Made by a program: the position numbers and the translations under genes. Below are positions 27,694-44,071 of a stretch of DNA of 64,000 nucleotides, piece by piece. Below the pieces are notes generated by a model, which had not been told where the DNA came from, did not search any database, and saw only the letters and a list, made by a program, of their open reading frames with translations. Every line of letters starts with the position of its first letter. Position 1 is the first letter of the stretch. Source of the stretch: the human T2T-CHM13v2.0 reference genome, Homo sapiens; NCBI RefSeq assembly GCF_009914755.1, contig NC_060931.1, one strand, 5' to 3'.

Positions 27694-27918
27694 TTCGACA
27701 GTCCTGCCGGAGGGCATCACCATAGTATCCAAACCGGCAGAACTGACAGTGTTCCCCTTCCGTGTGGTACAGGCACTTGAGACACCTCCCAGTCTCCTTG
27801 TCACAGGCTTCTGGGTCTGTCGTGTCAATGTTGTTGTGACACTGGCAAGGCTGACACGACCCCCCAACTTCTGATGGATTGCCAAAGTATCCTGAGGCAC
27901 AGTCGTCACATCTGGAAC
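27694..27918 (-). CDS. LAMB1: LAMB1 exon 22 (225 nt, phase 1-1), end of LE9 and all of LE10
   Basis: Acceptor TGACAG|GT; donor GAA|GTAAGA; SRCDDCASGYFG...GDALRQDCR. Confidence 0.98.
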
Positions 27919-28327
27919 CTGTCACCCGATAAAACCAAACACAAGATGTTTAGCTTATTGACTGAAAGCTCACCAGTGCACCGACACTCATGCCTAGAGA
28001 GAGCTGATCGTGGCGGTGCTTCATCTTCACTGCACTGTTTAAAGAGCCCAGGGTGATCACATCTGAAGGGGAAAGAATAGGCTTTGAGTTGTGAGAGGAA
28101 GGCAGTATTACTTTCAGTGGCAAAAACCATAGTAACTTTTTGCACCAATCTAATGTTTTGTAGTCTCTAACAGTGTTGCAACTGCCCCAGAGGCCACAGC
28201 GGCTGTGGACAGTTAGGTCCTAGCACATGAGACTTTAGCTTCTGAGCACATGGGGGTGGAGCATGTTAGGAGCAAACTAACAATGTAAAGCATAGCTTCA
28301 TGTAGAAATCCTAATCCAAGGATTACA

Positions 28328-28633
28328 TTTTTTTAAGACATGGGGCCTTGCTTTATCACCCAGGTTGGAATGCAGTGACATGATAATAGCTCACTGCAGC
28401 CCTGAATTTCCGGGCTCAAGGAATTCTCCCACTTCAGCTTTCCCAGCAGCTGGGACTACAGGTTTGCGGCACTACACCTGACTAATTTTGTAAAATTTTT
28501 TTTTTTTTTTTTTGGAGAGATGGTGTCTCGCCATCTTGCCCACGCTGGTCTCTTACTCCTGGGCTCAAGCAATCCTCCTGCCTCAGCCTCCCAAAGTGCT
28601 GGAACTACAAGCATGAGCCACCACACCCAGCCT
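28328..28633 (-). mobile_element. Alu (AluJ-like)
   Basis: Reverse dimer with J-type ggctcaagcaatcctcc and atagctcactgcagcc. Confidence 0.92.
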
Positions 28634-28655
28634 AATTCAAGAATTACAGAAAGTG

Positions 28656-29030
<375 letters not shown>

Positions 29031-29629
29031 TTAATGATGACCAATTTCCCTAAGAAATTCTGAAATTATATGCAAAAAAATTTTACTGAGTTACATATAA
29101 ACATAATTAGTATTTGTAACAGTGGCTTCAAGGATGAAATAAGAGGGAGTTTTTAACAACCCAGCTAGATTAATTGAATCTTGATAGATAATGTGAGTAT
29201 CATTAACAGTGAAGAATATATTCGGCCATCTTGTGATTCCCTGGATGATATTATTTCTTTCTTCTGACTACTATTTGGTAACCTCACAGCTTTGAGATAC
29301 TTTTGCTAGGAGTTGGATAAAGAAAGGCAGGAGTAAAACTTAAGTTAATCTTTCTAATGTTTAATAACAGAAAAGTGTTCCACAGGGTTTCTAGATTTCC
29401 ACGAGCTTACTTTCCTGCTTTGTGTTATAACGTTCTTATCAGAGACTCAATATGAATTGACTCCACTCCATGTGCCAAATAGGAAAAGAGCATCTTTTCT
29501 AATTTTTAATTAAAAATTATAAAAGTAGACTTAATTGGTTCACTTTGCATCTTTTTTTCTCATTAACAATGAACTCATAAAGACATCTTTTTCTCTCTCT
29601 TTGCCTCCCAAAGTATGCACACGACTTAC

Positions 29630-29793
29630 CAATGTATCCAGGATCACAAACACAGGCAAGCTGTAAAGTAACAGGATCTTGGTAGCAGCTCCTGGCAAAC
29701 TGGCGTCCACTGTCGGGACCATCTGGGCAAGGGCAAGGGCGGCAGTGATCTCCTGACCCAATGATGGGGTCGCCATAGTAACCAGCCAAGCAC
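29630..29793 (-). CDS. LAMB1: LAMB1 exon 21 (164 nt), LE8/LE9, contains PDSGR and CDPGYI(G)
   Basis: Acceptor ATGCAG|G; donor TTG|GTAAGT. Confidence 0.98.
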
Positions 29794-29839
29794 CTGCATC
29801 AGTCACAGAAGAGAACAGGCCATGACCCCACAGTTCTAA

Positions 29840-30447
<608 letters not shown>

Positions 30448-30483
30448 TCTTTATGTTTTCATGTGGAAGATTTACTATGGGAA

Positions 30484-30620
30484 CAGTGGTTCTCAAACTT
30501 TAGCTTCAATCACAATCACCTGAAACAGATGACTGGGCTCCTCCCACCGAGTTTCTGATTCAGTAGGTCCCCGATAATATTGATGCTGCTGATCTAGGGA
30601 TCCTACTTGCAGGACCACTG
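30484..30620. mobile_element. MER5A, internally deleted
   Basis: cagtggttctcaaactt...tttctgattcagtaggt...gaccactg. Confidence 0.75.
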
Positions 30621-31270
30621 CGTTCGAGTGACACCCATGGCTTCATCTGGCCCCTCACTCACTGCTCCCCAGAGGAAGAGCCACCTCTCCCCATGTGCAC
30701 TTGATTGTTCTATCAGCTGCCTGCCTGTCCTGACCATTCAGTTCTGCTCCCTCCTTGTATTACAGAGTCTGTCCTCCTAGGCGGGGCTTATACCTGTCAG
30801 CCTCTGCCTATGCCTGAGAGGGGTGATGTGTTGGCAAGCCCACGGTGGCCACAGGTCTAAAGCCATGTGCTATAACCCAGCTTTTCCCAGTACTGGAGCT
30901 GAGGGGGTGACAGGGGTGCTCTCCAGCTGTGTAGCCCCTGTGTTTGTCTCTCAGGTGGTTCCAAACTCAGGCAGGGATGGGTCATGTTACTTATTAATTC
31001 CCATATCCAACATGTCAATCCCACTCTTTAAAGATAACAAATACAGGGAGGTCAAAGGATTCTCAAAGTTTATACAACTAGTTAAATAATGAGCCAGAAT
31101 TTGAATTTGGGGTCCTTAAAGCAATACATTCTTTTACTATGTTAGCCTGCTTGTCAAGGTGAATGGTAATTATGTTACTTTTTTATGTCCTACAACATAA
31201 CATCTTGGAGGAACTTTGGAGACAATCTCATCCAACCTAGTTATTCTACTTATGAAAAGCTGGATATTCC

Positions 31271-31718
<448 letters not shown>

Positions 31719-33149
31719 TTTTCTAGAAGCTGGATATCCTAACTCACCCAAGGTTAGAAAGCAAGTTAGAAGCAGAATTGGGCCAGGAACTGAGGTCCAA
31801 GGATTTCCAATTCAATTTGTTTCTCAAGTCTTTTGGAGGCAATCCAAATACATCATGATAGAAACTGAGTGTTCATTTCTTGCCTCCCCTTGGGGACAAT
31901 CTAAGTGTAGAGTTTTTTTGTAAATTCACAGGATTGAAACTCTGGTTATCTTGGAATGAGAAAAAAGAATGATGAGAAACTGGCTCAAACTAGATAGTAG
32001 AATTCCAAATACTTAAAATCAAGTGTTTGCCACCCAAACCTATTGTTAAAAATCTTCCTTCTCCCATACCCTTTCTCATTCTCAAAACCCTTTACAAATA
32101 AAATCCAAAGCTGGTCACAGATATCAACTATGCCATTCTGACATGATGTTCGTTCAAATGCATTCTACAGTGTGAGTGCTGATTCTGAATCAGCATTGTG
32201 GCAGCTCCCTTTGCTGTTTGCTTCTGTTCCCCCTCCTCTCTCTGCTCCCTGTTAATCTTTTTCTCATGTCTTTCTCTGTTTTCTCATATCTTTCTCTCGT
32301 ACTTATTCTCCATCTCTCTTTGAAAAAACAATAATGGAAAACGGCTGAAAAGAAAAAGATGACCCCAAAATATTAATTTCCTCCTTTCACTGTTGTATAA
32401 CTGTGTCCTTGCTATCTTTCTACAACACAATTTTAAGGTTGGAAGGGATAATTTTTATTCAAAGGGTAGTCCGTGGGACCTCCAAATTCTTGAGTACCGT
32501 TCTAGCATTGAGCCGAGAGCCACGTGTTTGCCTCCATGAACATCTTCATGCCAAAAGTTAATCACATACTCAGTTTTTCACTAACAATTTCTCTTTCACC
32601 TGATGAGTAACTTCACCACTGACTGAAGCACTTGCTGCAATGTTTCACAAGTGACTTTTAAAAACAAATATCTTCGATAGGGCGAATGGATGTTGGAAGA
32701 GAGAAAAATTATCACAGTGAAAAGGTGGAGACTATTACGCCCAAAAAGCCAGTTCTAACAGTACTGTCTGCATTTCTTAATTAGTAATAAACAGTGTAAG
32801 TCAGCAGGTAACTTTTTCATACGGAGTATTTTTTATCTATTGAGCTATCCTATTAATGTTATGGAGGTATATTCTCTCTCCTATTCTTACTCTACATCTA
32901 GCACATCCATAATGATTATTCAACTGACATTTGCTAACTGGAGAACAGATCTACTTAGGCATGTTTTATAGAGTCTCCTGGAAACTGTAGTTGCATAAAA
33001 CGTTCTGAAAAACAAAGCTATTTAAAATGACTAATCCCATTTGGATTAGTTTCTCCTTTCGCCTAAATTAGGCAGGAGCATTTCACAACTCTTATCCTCC
33101 GCCAGAATCTGCTGAGACAGACAGAATTTCTATACAGCCCTATGGTAAG

Positions 33150-33275
33150 CTCTAGGGTGACTCGCCAAGAGGACGGATTCATGTCAGTTTTGTTCTCTGC
33201 GGTATCTCCAGCACCAGAACGGTGCCTGGCACATAGAGGATGTCAACTCAATATGTACTGGATAAACAAACAAGA
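33150..33275 (+). mobile_element. L2 3' end fragment
   Basis: ttttgttctctgcggtatctccagcaccagaacggtgcctggcacatag...ctcaatatgt. Confidence 0.7.
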
Positions 33276-33411
33276 TCCTAGAAAATAGTGAGGTGGTCAG
33301 AAATGAATGAGCGAGCTGAAGCCTGGTGGAGATGAATTCTGTGGTTGGTCTAAGATGCTGTCTGCTCAGCCAGAGATCACTACATTCTCCTTACTTTCAG
33401 CATCTGCATAC

Positions 33412-33643
33412 CTTTCACAGTTATGACCCATGGTGTAGTCCTGGCAGTTCAAGCACTCCCCAGTCACTGGGTCGCAGTCATCGGCGTGGCCATTGCACTG
33501 GCAGGGCTGGCAACTTGGAAAGCCCCAGTGCCCAGGTAAGCACCGATCACACTGCCGAGCATACACTCCCTGGAAACAGTGGCACTGGCCAGTGACGGGA
33601 TTGCAGAAGGCATTGACAGATCCTTGCAGATGGCACTCACAAG
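33412..33643 (-). CDS. LAMB1: LAMB1 exon 20 (232 nt), LE7 and part of LE8
   Basis: Acceptor CTTTAG|CT; donor AAG|GTATGC; [13 protein letters not shown]...GHNCE. Confidence 0.98.
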
Positions 33644-33853
33644 CTAAAGAAACAGGCAAACAAGGAACTGCCTTGAGAAACTCATTCAATGGAAACATGC
33701 TCCTTTTATAAGCACCCTGTCCCCAATTCAGAATGCTCATGGGTTGGTGTGATCAACTTCAGGAGGGAAGCATCGGCTCTGCAGCAATGGAACCCTGCCA
33801 CAATGGCTGAGTTAATCTGAATGAATGCATAACAATGCTTTTGAGGAACCTAC

Positions 33854-33997
33854 GTTTGCATCCACTGGGGCCAAAGCCAAAAGTTCCAGGTGCACATCTG
33901 TTGCAGGTTCTTCCAACCACGTTGGGCCGGCACTGGCACTGGCCTCCGTTGGGATCACACACGGAACTTAACGAACCCTGAGGGTCGCATTCACAAG
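33854..33997 (-). CDS. LAMB1: LAMB1 exon 19 (144 nt, phase 1-1), LE6
   Basis: Acceptor CCACAG|CT; donor AAC|GTAGGT; [13 protein letters not shown]...GPSGCK. Confidence 0.98.
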
Positions 33998-34607
33998 CTG
34001 TGGGTAAAGAGAGGCCAGAACCCATGACACGGAGCAGCACATCATCGGGCTCTCCCTGATCCTTTCTCCTTTAACTACTTTGGATTATTCAGAGTTCTGG
34101 TTTAAAACAGTATCATCCCTATGATGAGCGGAAGGGAAGAAAGGGGAGGCAGAGTTGGCAGATCAAAACAGTTTTTCTAGGCAGGAGGTCATTAATGTTT
34201 TCTCCCCTTGCCTTCAAAGCTCAAATATCACAGGACATTAGACCAAAGCCCAGTGACCTTCAGAGGATGGTCTGATGTTTCAAAGAGAAAAACATACATT
34301 TCAGGTATTTGATGCTTCTCTGATTCCATTCCCCTCTCCCTACCCTGCTTATGGAAATGCTTTATCCTCATGGACTTTTCCCCTGGTCACCTGTTATTTG
34401 CATATTTCTTGAATATCAATTCCATCTTCAGTGGTGCTCTTTCACTGAAATATTACTTAAAAAGATAAAGACAAACTGTAACTGAGACACTATTTCCCTT
34501 GTGCTGCCTAACACAGGGCTAGGGGGTGGGCACTCCACTGTACTTCATGTGCCAGATATACTCAGAGCCAGAAACAGCAGCTGCTGCAGCTGCCCAGCAA
34601 TACCTAC

Positions 34608-34812
34608 CCAGGCCTGTCTGGTGTAACAGGGCAGAAATGCTAAAGATGATGTTTCTGCAAACATCTGTCATCGGTGTTTTCACAACGCTTCTGCTGTTCT
34701 CTAGACATCGGTATCTCTGAAAGGTTTCCCAGGCACTGTTGGTGACCACCCCATCTCCTGAACCTCCCACGGTGAAGATGTCCAGTGATTTACAGTATGG
34801 CATGAGAACAAG
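34608..34812 (-). CDS. LAMB1: LAMB1 exon 18 (205 nt), end of L4/IV-B
   Basis: Acceptor TCACAG|CTT; donor TGG|GTAGGT; LVLMPYCKSLDIF...LLHQTGL. Confidence 0.97.
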
Positions 34813-35024
34813 CTGTGAAGAAATGAGAACGGCCAAACATCCTTACAGTGGTGCCCCATGGCATGGGTTTAAGCAAGCAAACGTGTAGAAAACCCAAATG
34901 CTTCTTTGACCCTTGAACAGAAATCATTAGACTCATTAAATAAAGTATAAACCTCCCTATTCCTAAATACTCTTGGCAGGAAATTTTAGATATGTTTTAC
35001 ACAGCTTGATGGCTTTTAAATGCT

Positions 35025-35152
35025 ATTTATTTTTATTTTAGAGATGGGGTCTTGCTTTGTCGCCCAGGCTGGTCTTGAACTCCTGGCCTCAAATGATCCT
35101 CCTGCCTCAGCATCCCAAAGTGTTGGGATTACAGGTGTGAGTCACTACGCCT
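35025..35152 (-). mobile_element. FLAM_C-like Alu monomer
   Basis: Single reverse left monomer flanked by aaatgct on both sides. Confidence 0.85.
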
Positions 35153-35368
35153 AGTGAAATGCTGTTTTTTTTAAAAGACATTTTATATTTTTAGAAGGAA
35201 TAAATCCTTTCCATGGGGTGGAGTATAAGCAAAGTAACCGCGGAGGCAAGAAAGAATGATTCTGCTTACGCTGGCCTCAGCATTACCCCTCAACAAAACA
35301 CCCTGAGAGCAGCTGGGCACTTTCCGCCCAGGCTTTCCTGCATATGCCAGAAGCAATCTCGCACTTAC

Positions 35369-35492
35369 AGAATCGATCAGCGTGTAGGGGCTCTCCACGT
35401 CGCTATCAGAGGAGGTGTACTGAGGCAGCTCCAACCTCACCGTGTAGTTTGTTCCCTTCTCAAAGCACACCGGCCGAGGAAGGACGACATAT
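35369..35492 (-). CDS. LAMB1: LAMB1 exon 17 (124 nt), L4/IV-B domain, YVVLPRPVCFEKG
   Basis: Acceptor GGGCAG|A; donor TCT|GTAAGT. Confidence 0.97.
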
Positions 35493-35711
35493 CTGCCCCC
35501 AAACAAAAAAGAAAGACAACAACGAAAGTCAACCTTCATGCATCCAAAAAATAAAAATTAAAAACAAAGCTCTGCATCGATAATTCCAAAGGAAAAAAGT
35601 CAGCAGTCAACGTCTGGCTCTGAAATGGTGACTTGAAAACTCGCAAAATATTAGAAAAATACTAATTTGCATATGAAGCCCGTTGAGCTGCCAAACCACC
35701 GTCACACTGAC

Positions 35712-35839
35712 CTTGAGCCTGGTGATAATGACACCACCTGGTTGTCATCATCGGGGATGGTATTACCACATCGGCTGCTGGTTGGAATCCTTCCAGGTCG
35801 CTGCACTGTGATGACAGCTTTTTCCCAGTGGTCGGGTAG
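35712..35839 (-). CDS. LAMB1: LAMB1 exon 16 (128 nt), L4/IV-B domain
   Basis: Acceptor TTCTAG|CTA; donor AAG|GTCAGT; LPDHWEKAVITVQRPG...LSPGS (translated by hand). Confidence 0.96.
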
Positions 35840-36594
35840 CTAGAATAAGAAACAAACAATGAAAAGATAGTTAGCCCACCACTGCCTGTTTATAAAAAGA
35901 CCTCTCTGAATCAATCAATTGCCAAGTTGAAATGGAAAACAAACAGTTGCTCTTCACTTTTCTCTTTACTACTACCTCTGCTACTCCCCTGGTTCCAGCC
36001 CAAATCCCTTCTGCCCTGGATGCTGAAACACCTCTCAACTGTTTTCTGCCTCTTCCCAATGTCCCTTTCAGTCCACTTTAAAGCAGCTCAGATAATGACA
36101 ATCCCCTGCTTGAAATGCTTCAATAGCTTCCTGTGAATATTATAGTCCAAATTCCTTTACTAATCCTAGTATTTTTGCCAACAGCATCTCCAACCATATC
36201 TCTCATCAAGCTATGTGGAATGATTCTCAATAAAAACAAAACCCTCTCTTCTCTCTTCCACTCACACTATTTCTTACTTTTGTGCCAACTTTCCACAATT
36301 CCATTCACACTTTAAGGCCTAGCTCTGATTCTCTAGGAAAACGTTTTGGTAGCCCTGGCTCGGGCTGGCTGGTGCATGCCCATCTTCTAGGATCATGCAT
36401 CTCTCTGCTGTTACACCGTCACCTTCAGTCTTTCGTTACAGTTCGGGGCTTCAGTCTGTCACTGCACAGCCAGGTTGTGAGGGAAGGAGAGGATCTCATA
36501 CATCCTCATCACCACCTCAGTCGTCAGCAAGGTTGAGTGCCTCACAAAAGATCACTACGTTTGAGAAACTGGATTCAAGAAAATGGTACGTTTT

Positions 36595-36957
<363 letters not shown>

Positions 36958-37066
36958 CTAATGCAACCTCCATATTTCATAACTATATATAATACCCATT
37001 AGAAGTACTATTTTTCTACTGATTCTCCCCTCCCTCCTCCACCAGTCCACTAAGTGGTTTCTTTAC

Positions 37067-37225
37067 CTGTGGCTCGTAGCGAATTAGGATGTCGTACTCC
37101 ATGGAATATGGTATGTTGTCAATGAAAAACTCCAAATAAGCCCCTTCCGGCACTCGGACGAAGCCGGCTCCAGTCCAGGAGGGAATCCGGTCCTGGATAT
37201 ATTGCCGCTCCACTATGCTAACCCC
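37067..37225 (-). CDS. LAMB1: LAMB1 exon 15 (159 nt), L4/IV-B domain
   Basis: Acceptor CCTCAG|GGG; donor CAG|GTAAAG; [19 protein letters not shown]...RYEPQ. Confidence 0.97.
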
Positions 37226-37977
37226 CTGAGGGCATGGCAAACAATGGTTATTCTGTATTTGAAATGGAATTCAATAATTTTCAATAGTCAAAGTAATCCG
37301 AAGTCACCCAAAGATTCAAAAAGGGTGGCTACCTTATGTCTATTTTTTATAGTCAAATCTCCCCTAATAGATTGTAAAAAGTTTCTGATATCCAAACAGG
37401 AAACTGGTTTCTTTTTAGTTTTGTGGTTGGAGCAGTCTTGGGACACTGGATATAGCACTCAAAGGCTTGGGATATACCTTATTTGATATGACCAGGAGAG
37501 TAAGCATAAAAGAAAAAAGAGAACATCCCACATGCCGTTATAAGCAAGTCTAGGAATCATAAGGTGCTTCCCAGATTCTCCATAAGGTTAGTCCAGTATC
37601 TAGTGGATTTCTGTCTCTCATACTGGCATTAGTTTCAGGCTCCATTTTCAAGTGAAGAAACTTGATATAATGAATGTTCACAACTGATGAGTTAATTCTG
37701 ATTAATTGTTTACAGGGTTATTTTTTAATACCTGTGGTTGGTCATATCCAAAAATGGCTGGGATCAACTCTTTCATTCCCTGTATGTATCTGTATGTACC
37801 CGTGTGTGGCCTTACCCATCAAGAGGTGCAAACTATGTTATCCTTTCCATGAATCCTTGTGACTTGTGACCAACAGAACCTGAGGAACTTTCTAGGACTT
37901 CTGAGTCCAAGCTTTCAGAGAGCTGGCAGCTTGTTTCCTCTTTTTGGAAGCTGGAAGCCATCTAAGAAATCTCACTA

Positions 37978-38278
<301 letters not shown>

Positions 38279-38713
38279 GGTCGTGTTCGTGTGGAGAGAA
38301 ATGCCCAGCCAGCCTCCAGCTGTTTCAGCCACCCCAGCTCAAGAGCCAGGCATACATTTAAAGTCACTAAATTTGGGGATGAATAGATGAAAAAATATCC
38401 TTGCCTCAGTATTTACCATGCTAGGTTGATAACTTTGGAGCATAAGTAGAGAGAAGAAAAGTTTCTTGTAAAGACACATTTCTTAAACCAACCAAAAGCC
38501 TTATCAGTGAATGCTCCAAAGCCAATTTGTGAGTTATAGAATTACTTAGCTTTAAATATGACTCTTCTCAGGAAGGCATGGTCCTGATCCTTATTTTGTG
38601 CTCACTGACAAAGCTATAAAAATGCTTCTGAAATGGGGTCTTTACAAAGCATGTATGTTCCACTACACCCCAAAACACTGCTTTACCGACCTGCCACACA
38701 CTCCCCTACTCAC

Positions 38714-38849
38714 AGGCCCCAAGTTGGCTTCCTCCGCTTCATAGAGGTAGTGATCCAGGGTGGCAAAGTAGTAACCAGGTTCCACTTCGTTGCACTGACG
38801 TCCAATCATGTGAGGCCGGCATGAGCACTGGCCTGACTCCGCAAAGCAA
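38714..38849 (-). CDS. LAMB1: LAMB1 exon 14 (136 nt), truncated LE5 and start of L4/IV-B
   Basis: Acceptor TTCCAG|T; donor CCT|GTGAGT; CFAESGQCSCRPHMIGRQC...EEANLGP. Confidence 0.97.
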
Positions 38850-39440
38850 CTGGAAGGGAGGAGGAGCCACATCAGCTGAGTTCATGGTCACGCGAGTCAA
38901 CCCGCCAGAAGCAGCTCTACAGCTGCCATTACTCAGTACACAGGACCAAATACATAGCATGTTCTTGTTTTCTTCAGAAAATACATATGTGGAAAAAAGT
39001 AGTGCCTATGGATTAATCCCAAACTCCAGAAGCGTGGCTGAGAACCTGGTCTTCTCGGTTTTACCTCCCTTGCCCTCTCTTGACTAACACGCCGTCCGCA
39101 TCACATGAAGGTTTTCCACATCCCAAACTTTCTTGCTTTGGCATGTTACATCTTTTGCTTATTTCCTGAGATTTAGGCTCAAATATCCAGCTCCCTGAAG
39201 AACATCTCCAGCTTGGCTGTCCCAGAGCATCCCAAACCAACGGATCTAAGACAGAAGCCCTCAATCCCTCGGATGGTCTCTATCAGGGTGAAGGCACTAC
39301 CACCTGCTGAGTCAACCAAGTCAGAAATTTAGTCCCCGTTCTTCTCCAGATTCTTTCTTCACACTCCATCAGGAACCAAATTCTGTGATTTTTACTTCTG
39401 CATCTTGTGTCTCTCTTCCCCCTTTCCATTGGCTATGCTA

Positions 39441-39757
<317 letters not shown>

Positions 39758-39979
39758 TTATTAGTATCATAATTTTGTATACAATACAAAACTCAAATTA
39801 CATGTATCCATTTTTACTTCACTTAAAGAAGAGCTGTGGTTTGGAATTGTTACTTTCAACTCATTCTCAAGGTTTGTTCTTTCTTTTTTTCTCATCCCAA
39901 AGTTTTAAACAAGGTACCTAAGGCAAGTTGCAACTCACAGGAACACTTTGCACTCACAGGCTTATTAAAAATGTCCCAA

Positions 39980-40670
<691 letters not shown>

Positions 40671-42540
40671 AGGAATAGGAATTCTTAACGTCCCATAGCC
40701 AATTCCCAAGAAAGGAAAGCTTGTTCCAATTAGGACCTAGCCTTCTTTTGGCACAGTCCATGAACAAAAGCTATTTTCAGAAATTCAGGCATCAGACATT
40801 ACATCATATGGACAAAAGAAAATTCTTTCCTCCCCAGATGTTTACTGAGACAACAAATATCCAAAACATGAACCACCAAAGAAGAAAACAACTAGACCTT
40901 CACATGCAACCATTAGAGAACGAGCAAATGAAGGTGAGGACAAAGGCGCCAGCAGGCTCCCGGTGCTGCCTCTATCTGCAGCACAATTCTAAACAAGGAA
41001 TGGCTCCATGAGAGCTGATCATGTGAAAGGAATTCCCTTAACAGCGGCCCTGCCAATCACAAGTCTGTGTCCACAGGCTTGAATTGTCATCACAGATAGG
41101 CATGGCTCTGATTCAACACTGGCTCCTTCAGTGAACTCATTCTTGTGGCTTTCCTATGCAGATGGCCCTCACCCTACAGCTCTCAGCACCCAGCAGGTGG
41201 CTGGGCTCTGCTTCTCTATTTCCAGCCATCAATGGGACATTTCCATGGACTGGCCAGCTGTCATCTCTAATTCATCTTGTCCCAAACAGATCATCACCAC
41301 CCACACTGACTTCTTATCCTCAGCTCTGCTGTTTCTGCCAGTAGATTTAAAATTCTTCTCATGGTATAGGTGAGACATCACCTTCTCTTTCCTTTATCCC
41401 AATACTCAGCTTTTACTTCAAAATGTTTCTCAACTTAGCAGCTTCCTCTCATTGTCACTGCCACTGCCACTGCGTCAGTCCAGGATGGCATCACCCCATA
41501 CCTGTTACTCTAACAATCTCCTAAACTGACCTCTCAAATTCTTCTTCCTCTTCTGCCTAGTCCATCCTGTCTACCACGGGCCAACCGATCTTCCTACAGT
41601 GCTGCTTTCATTGTTTCACGAAAACCCACAATTGTTTCTTATGATATCAAGCCATGATGCCTCTGCCTGGCTTTCTGCAGCCTCCATAACCCATCCTCTG
41701 AAAACGGCTTCTCTTTCTGGTGCCGACTCTTTGCTTTCCAATGAGCCACACTCCTCATACTCTTCAGCAAATATTTACTGATCAAATATTGGCCCTAGCA
41801 GCCTTGCTTCCCAGTGCAGGTATTCTCACATTTTAGTCCATTGTGAACTTTGTTCTGAATGAATCCTTACTTCCTCACTAAGTCTATTATTTCTGGCTAA
41901 ATGATATACAGAAAGAGAAATAGAAAAAAAAATAGTCCCTGTCTTCAAGAACTTACAGTCTAATTGGGGATAAACAATAAAGAAATTAACCAATGCAACA
42001 AATCAAAATGCAGTAAGAACCTATGCATTGATAGAGTTACAAGCAAAGCACTAAGGGAGAAGAAGATATGATTCATCTGACTGAGAAGACTGAGGGAGGC
42101 GTCATGAAAGAGGTGTCCTTAAAGCCTGGAGAGGACTTGACAGGCAGAGAGAGGACAGGAATAACAGGAGCAAAGAGGGTGATGGGGGAATGTGGGCAGA
42201 GATGGTCAAGATCAGACCAGATCTCGACCTTGCTACAGTCATTCCCATCTCTGTGCCTTTACCCATCTTTTCCCTCCCAGCTCGGAGGCCCTCCCCTGCT
42301 CACTAATCGCACCTTTCAAATCTCAGCTTTCAAAACTCAAGCACAAATCCTGGCTTCTTCACAGTGATACCAATGATTTATTACATGTAATTACTCTCTC
42401 CTGTGTTCAAGTAAAAATCAAATCTGATAGAAATGGCACATCTTAGATTCTTATGTATTCTCTACAAATTTCTCTGTAAACTAGAGATTCAATTTCATTA
42501 AATCAGTAAGGGAGAATAAGGACATAAAATAAATAAGGCC

Positions 42541-43109
42541 TGTGTGAGGCAGAATAATGGCCCCCAAAGATGTCCACATCCTCATCCCTGTTATCTGTGG
42601 GATGTTACCTCATATGGCAAAAGGAACTTTGCAGATGTGATTAAGGGTAAGGACATCAAGATGGAGCGATTATTGGATGATCTGGGTGGGTCCAATCTAA
42701 TCACATAAATTCTTAAAAGTGGGAGAGGCAGGCAGGGAAGTAAGTAGGTCAGAGAGCTGTGACATAAGAAGGATTTGACCCAGTGGTACCTTTGAAGATG
42801 GAGAGAGGGGACCATGAGTCAAGGAATGTGGGCAGCTCTAGAGGACAAGAATAGCCCTTAGATGACAGCCAGCAAAAGAAGGGGAACCTCAGCCTACGAC
42901 TGCAAGGAGCAGAATCCTGCCAACAACCCAAATTAGCTGGAAACAGATTCTCCTTTAGAGCCTTAGAAAACAATGCAGCCCTACCAACATCGTGATTTTG
43001 GTCCACTGAGACTGTATTTGACACATAGAACTGGAAAATAATAAACTTATATTGTTTTAAACAACCAAATTGTGGTAATTTGTTATGGCAGCAATAGAAA
43101 ACTGATACA
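42541..43109 (+). mobile_element. MaLR solo LTR (MLT1D-like)
   Basis: TG...CA termini; gcagaataatggccccc, gactttgcagatgtgattaag-like and ttgttatggcagcaatagaaaactgataca motifs. Confidence 0.85.
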
Positions 43110-43168
43110 GGCTCTATGTTTTCTCAGTGGGTGAAGGCCAAGATTATTTCTTAAAAAAATACATTTAT

Positions 43169-43541
<373 letters not shown>

Positions 43542-43731
43542 TTAACATTTCCCTATTACTAAGGAATTAGGCAGAAAAATATTAAAGCATAAAAAACATC
43601 ATTCATAATAACCAACCACAGTGTTCCGTCAGCACCATTCATTTTCTCAGGGTGGCATTCCTCCCCACCCCCAACTAGGACACTTTCTTTTTGGTAAGAC
43701 CTACGTCCTATAATCCTGTTCTATCACAGTA

Positions 43732-44071
43732 TAGTCATGTGTCACTTAATGACTGGGATATGTTCTGAGAAATGTGTTGTTCGCCAATTTTGTTGTTGTG
43801 TGACCATCATAGTGTACTTACACAAACCTAGATGGTATAGCTTACTACACACCCAGGCTGTAGAGTATAGCCTATTGTTCCTAAGCTACAAACCTGTACA
43901 GCATATTACTGTATTGAATACCATAGGCAATTGTAACACAATGACAAGAACTTGTGTATTCAACCATATCAAAATGTAGAAAAGCTACAGTAAAAATACA
44001 GTATCTTATGGGACCACCGTTGTATGTGTGGTCCATCCTTGACTGAAATGTTATTATGCAGTACATGATTA
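43732..44071. mobile_element. Tigger3a/MER7A-type MITE
   Basis: Inverted termini tagtcatgtgtcacttaa ... ttatgcagtacatgatta; core tacttacacaaacctagatggtatagc...ctacaaacctgtacagcat. Confidence 0.85.

Noticed and set aside
33644-33853. In-frame retention of introns whose length is a multiple of 3 (intron 19, 210 nt; intron 11, 135 nt; intron 16, 219 nt)
   Set aside because: Each contains in-frame stop codons (two TGA in intron 19, TAA in intron 11, TGA in intron 16).
34575-34593. Palindromic CAGCAGCTGCTG / tandem CAGCTG E-boxes after the exon 18 donor
   Set aside because: Too short to distinguish from chance, with no other enhancer evidence in the sequence.
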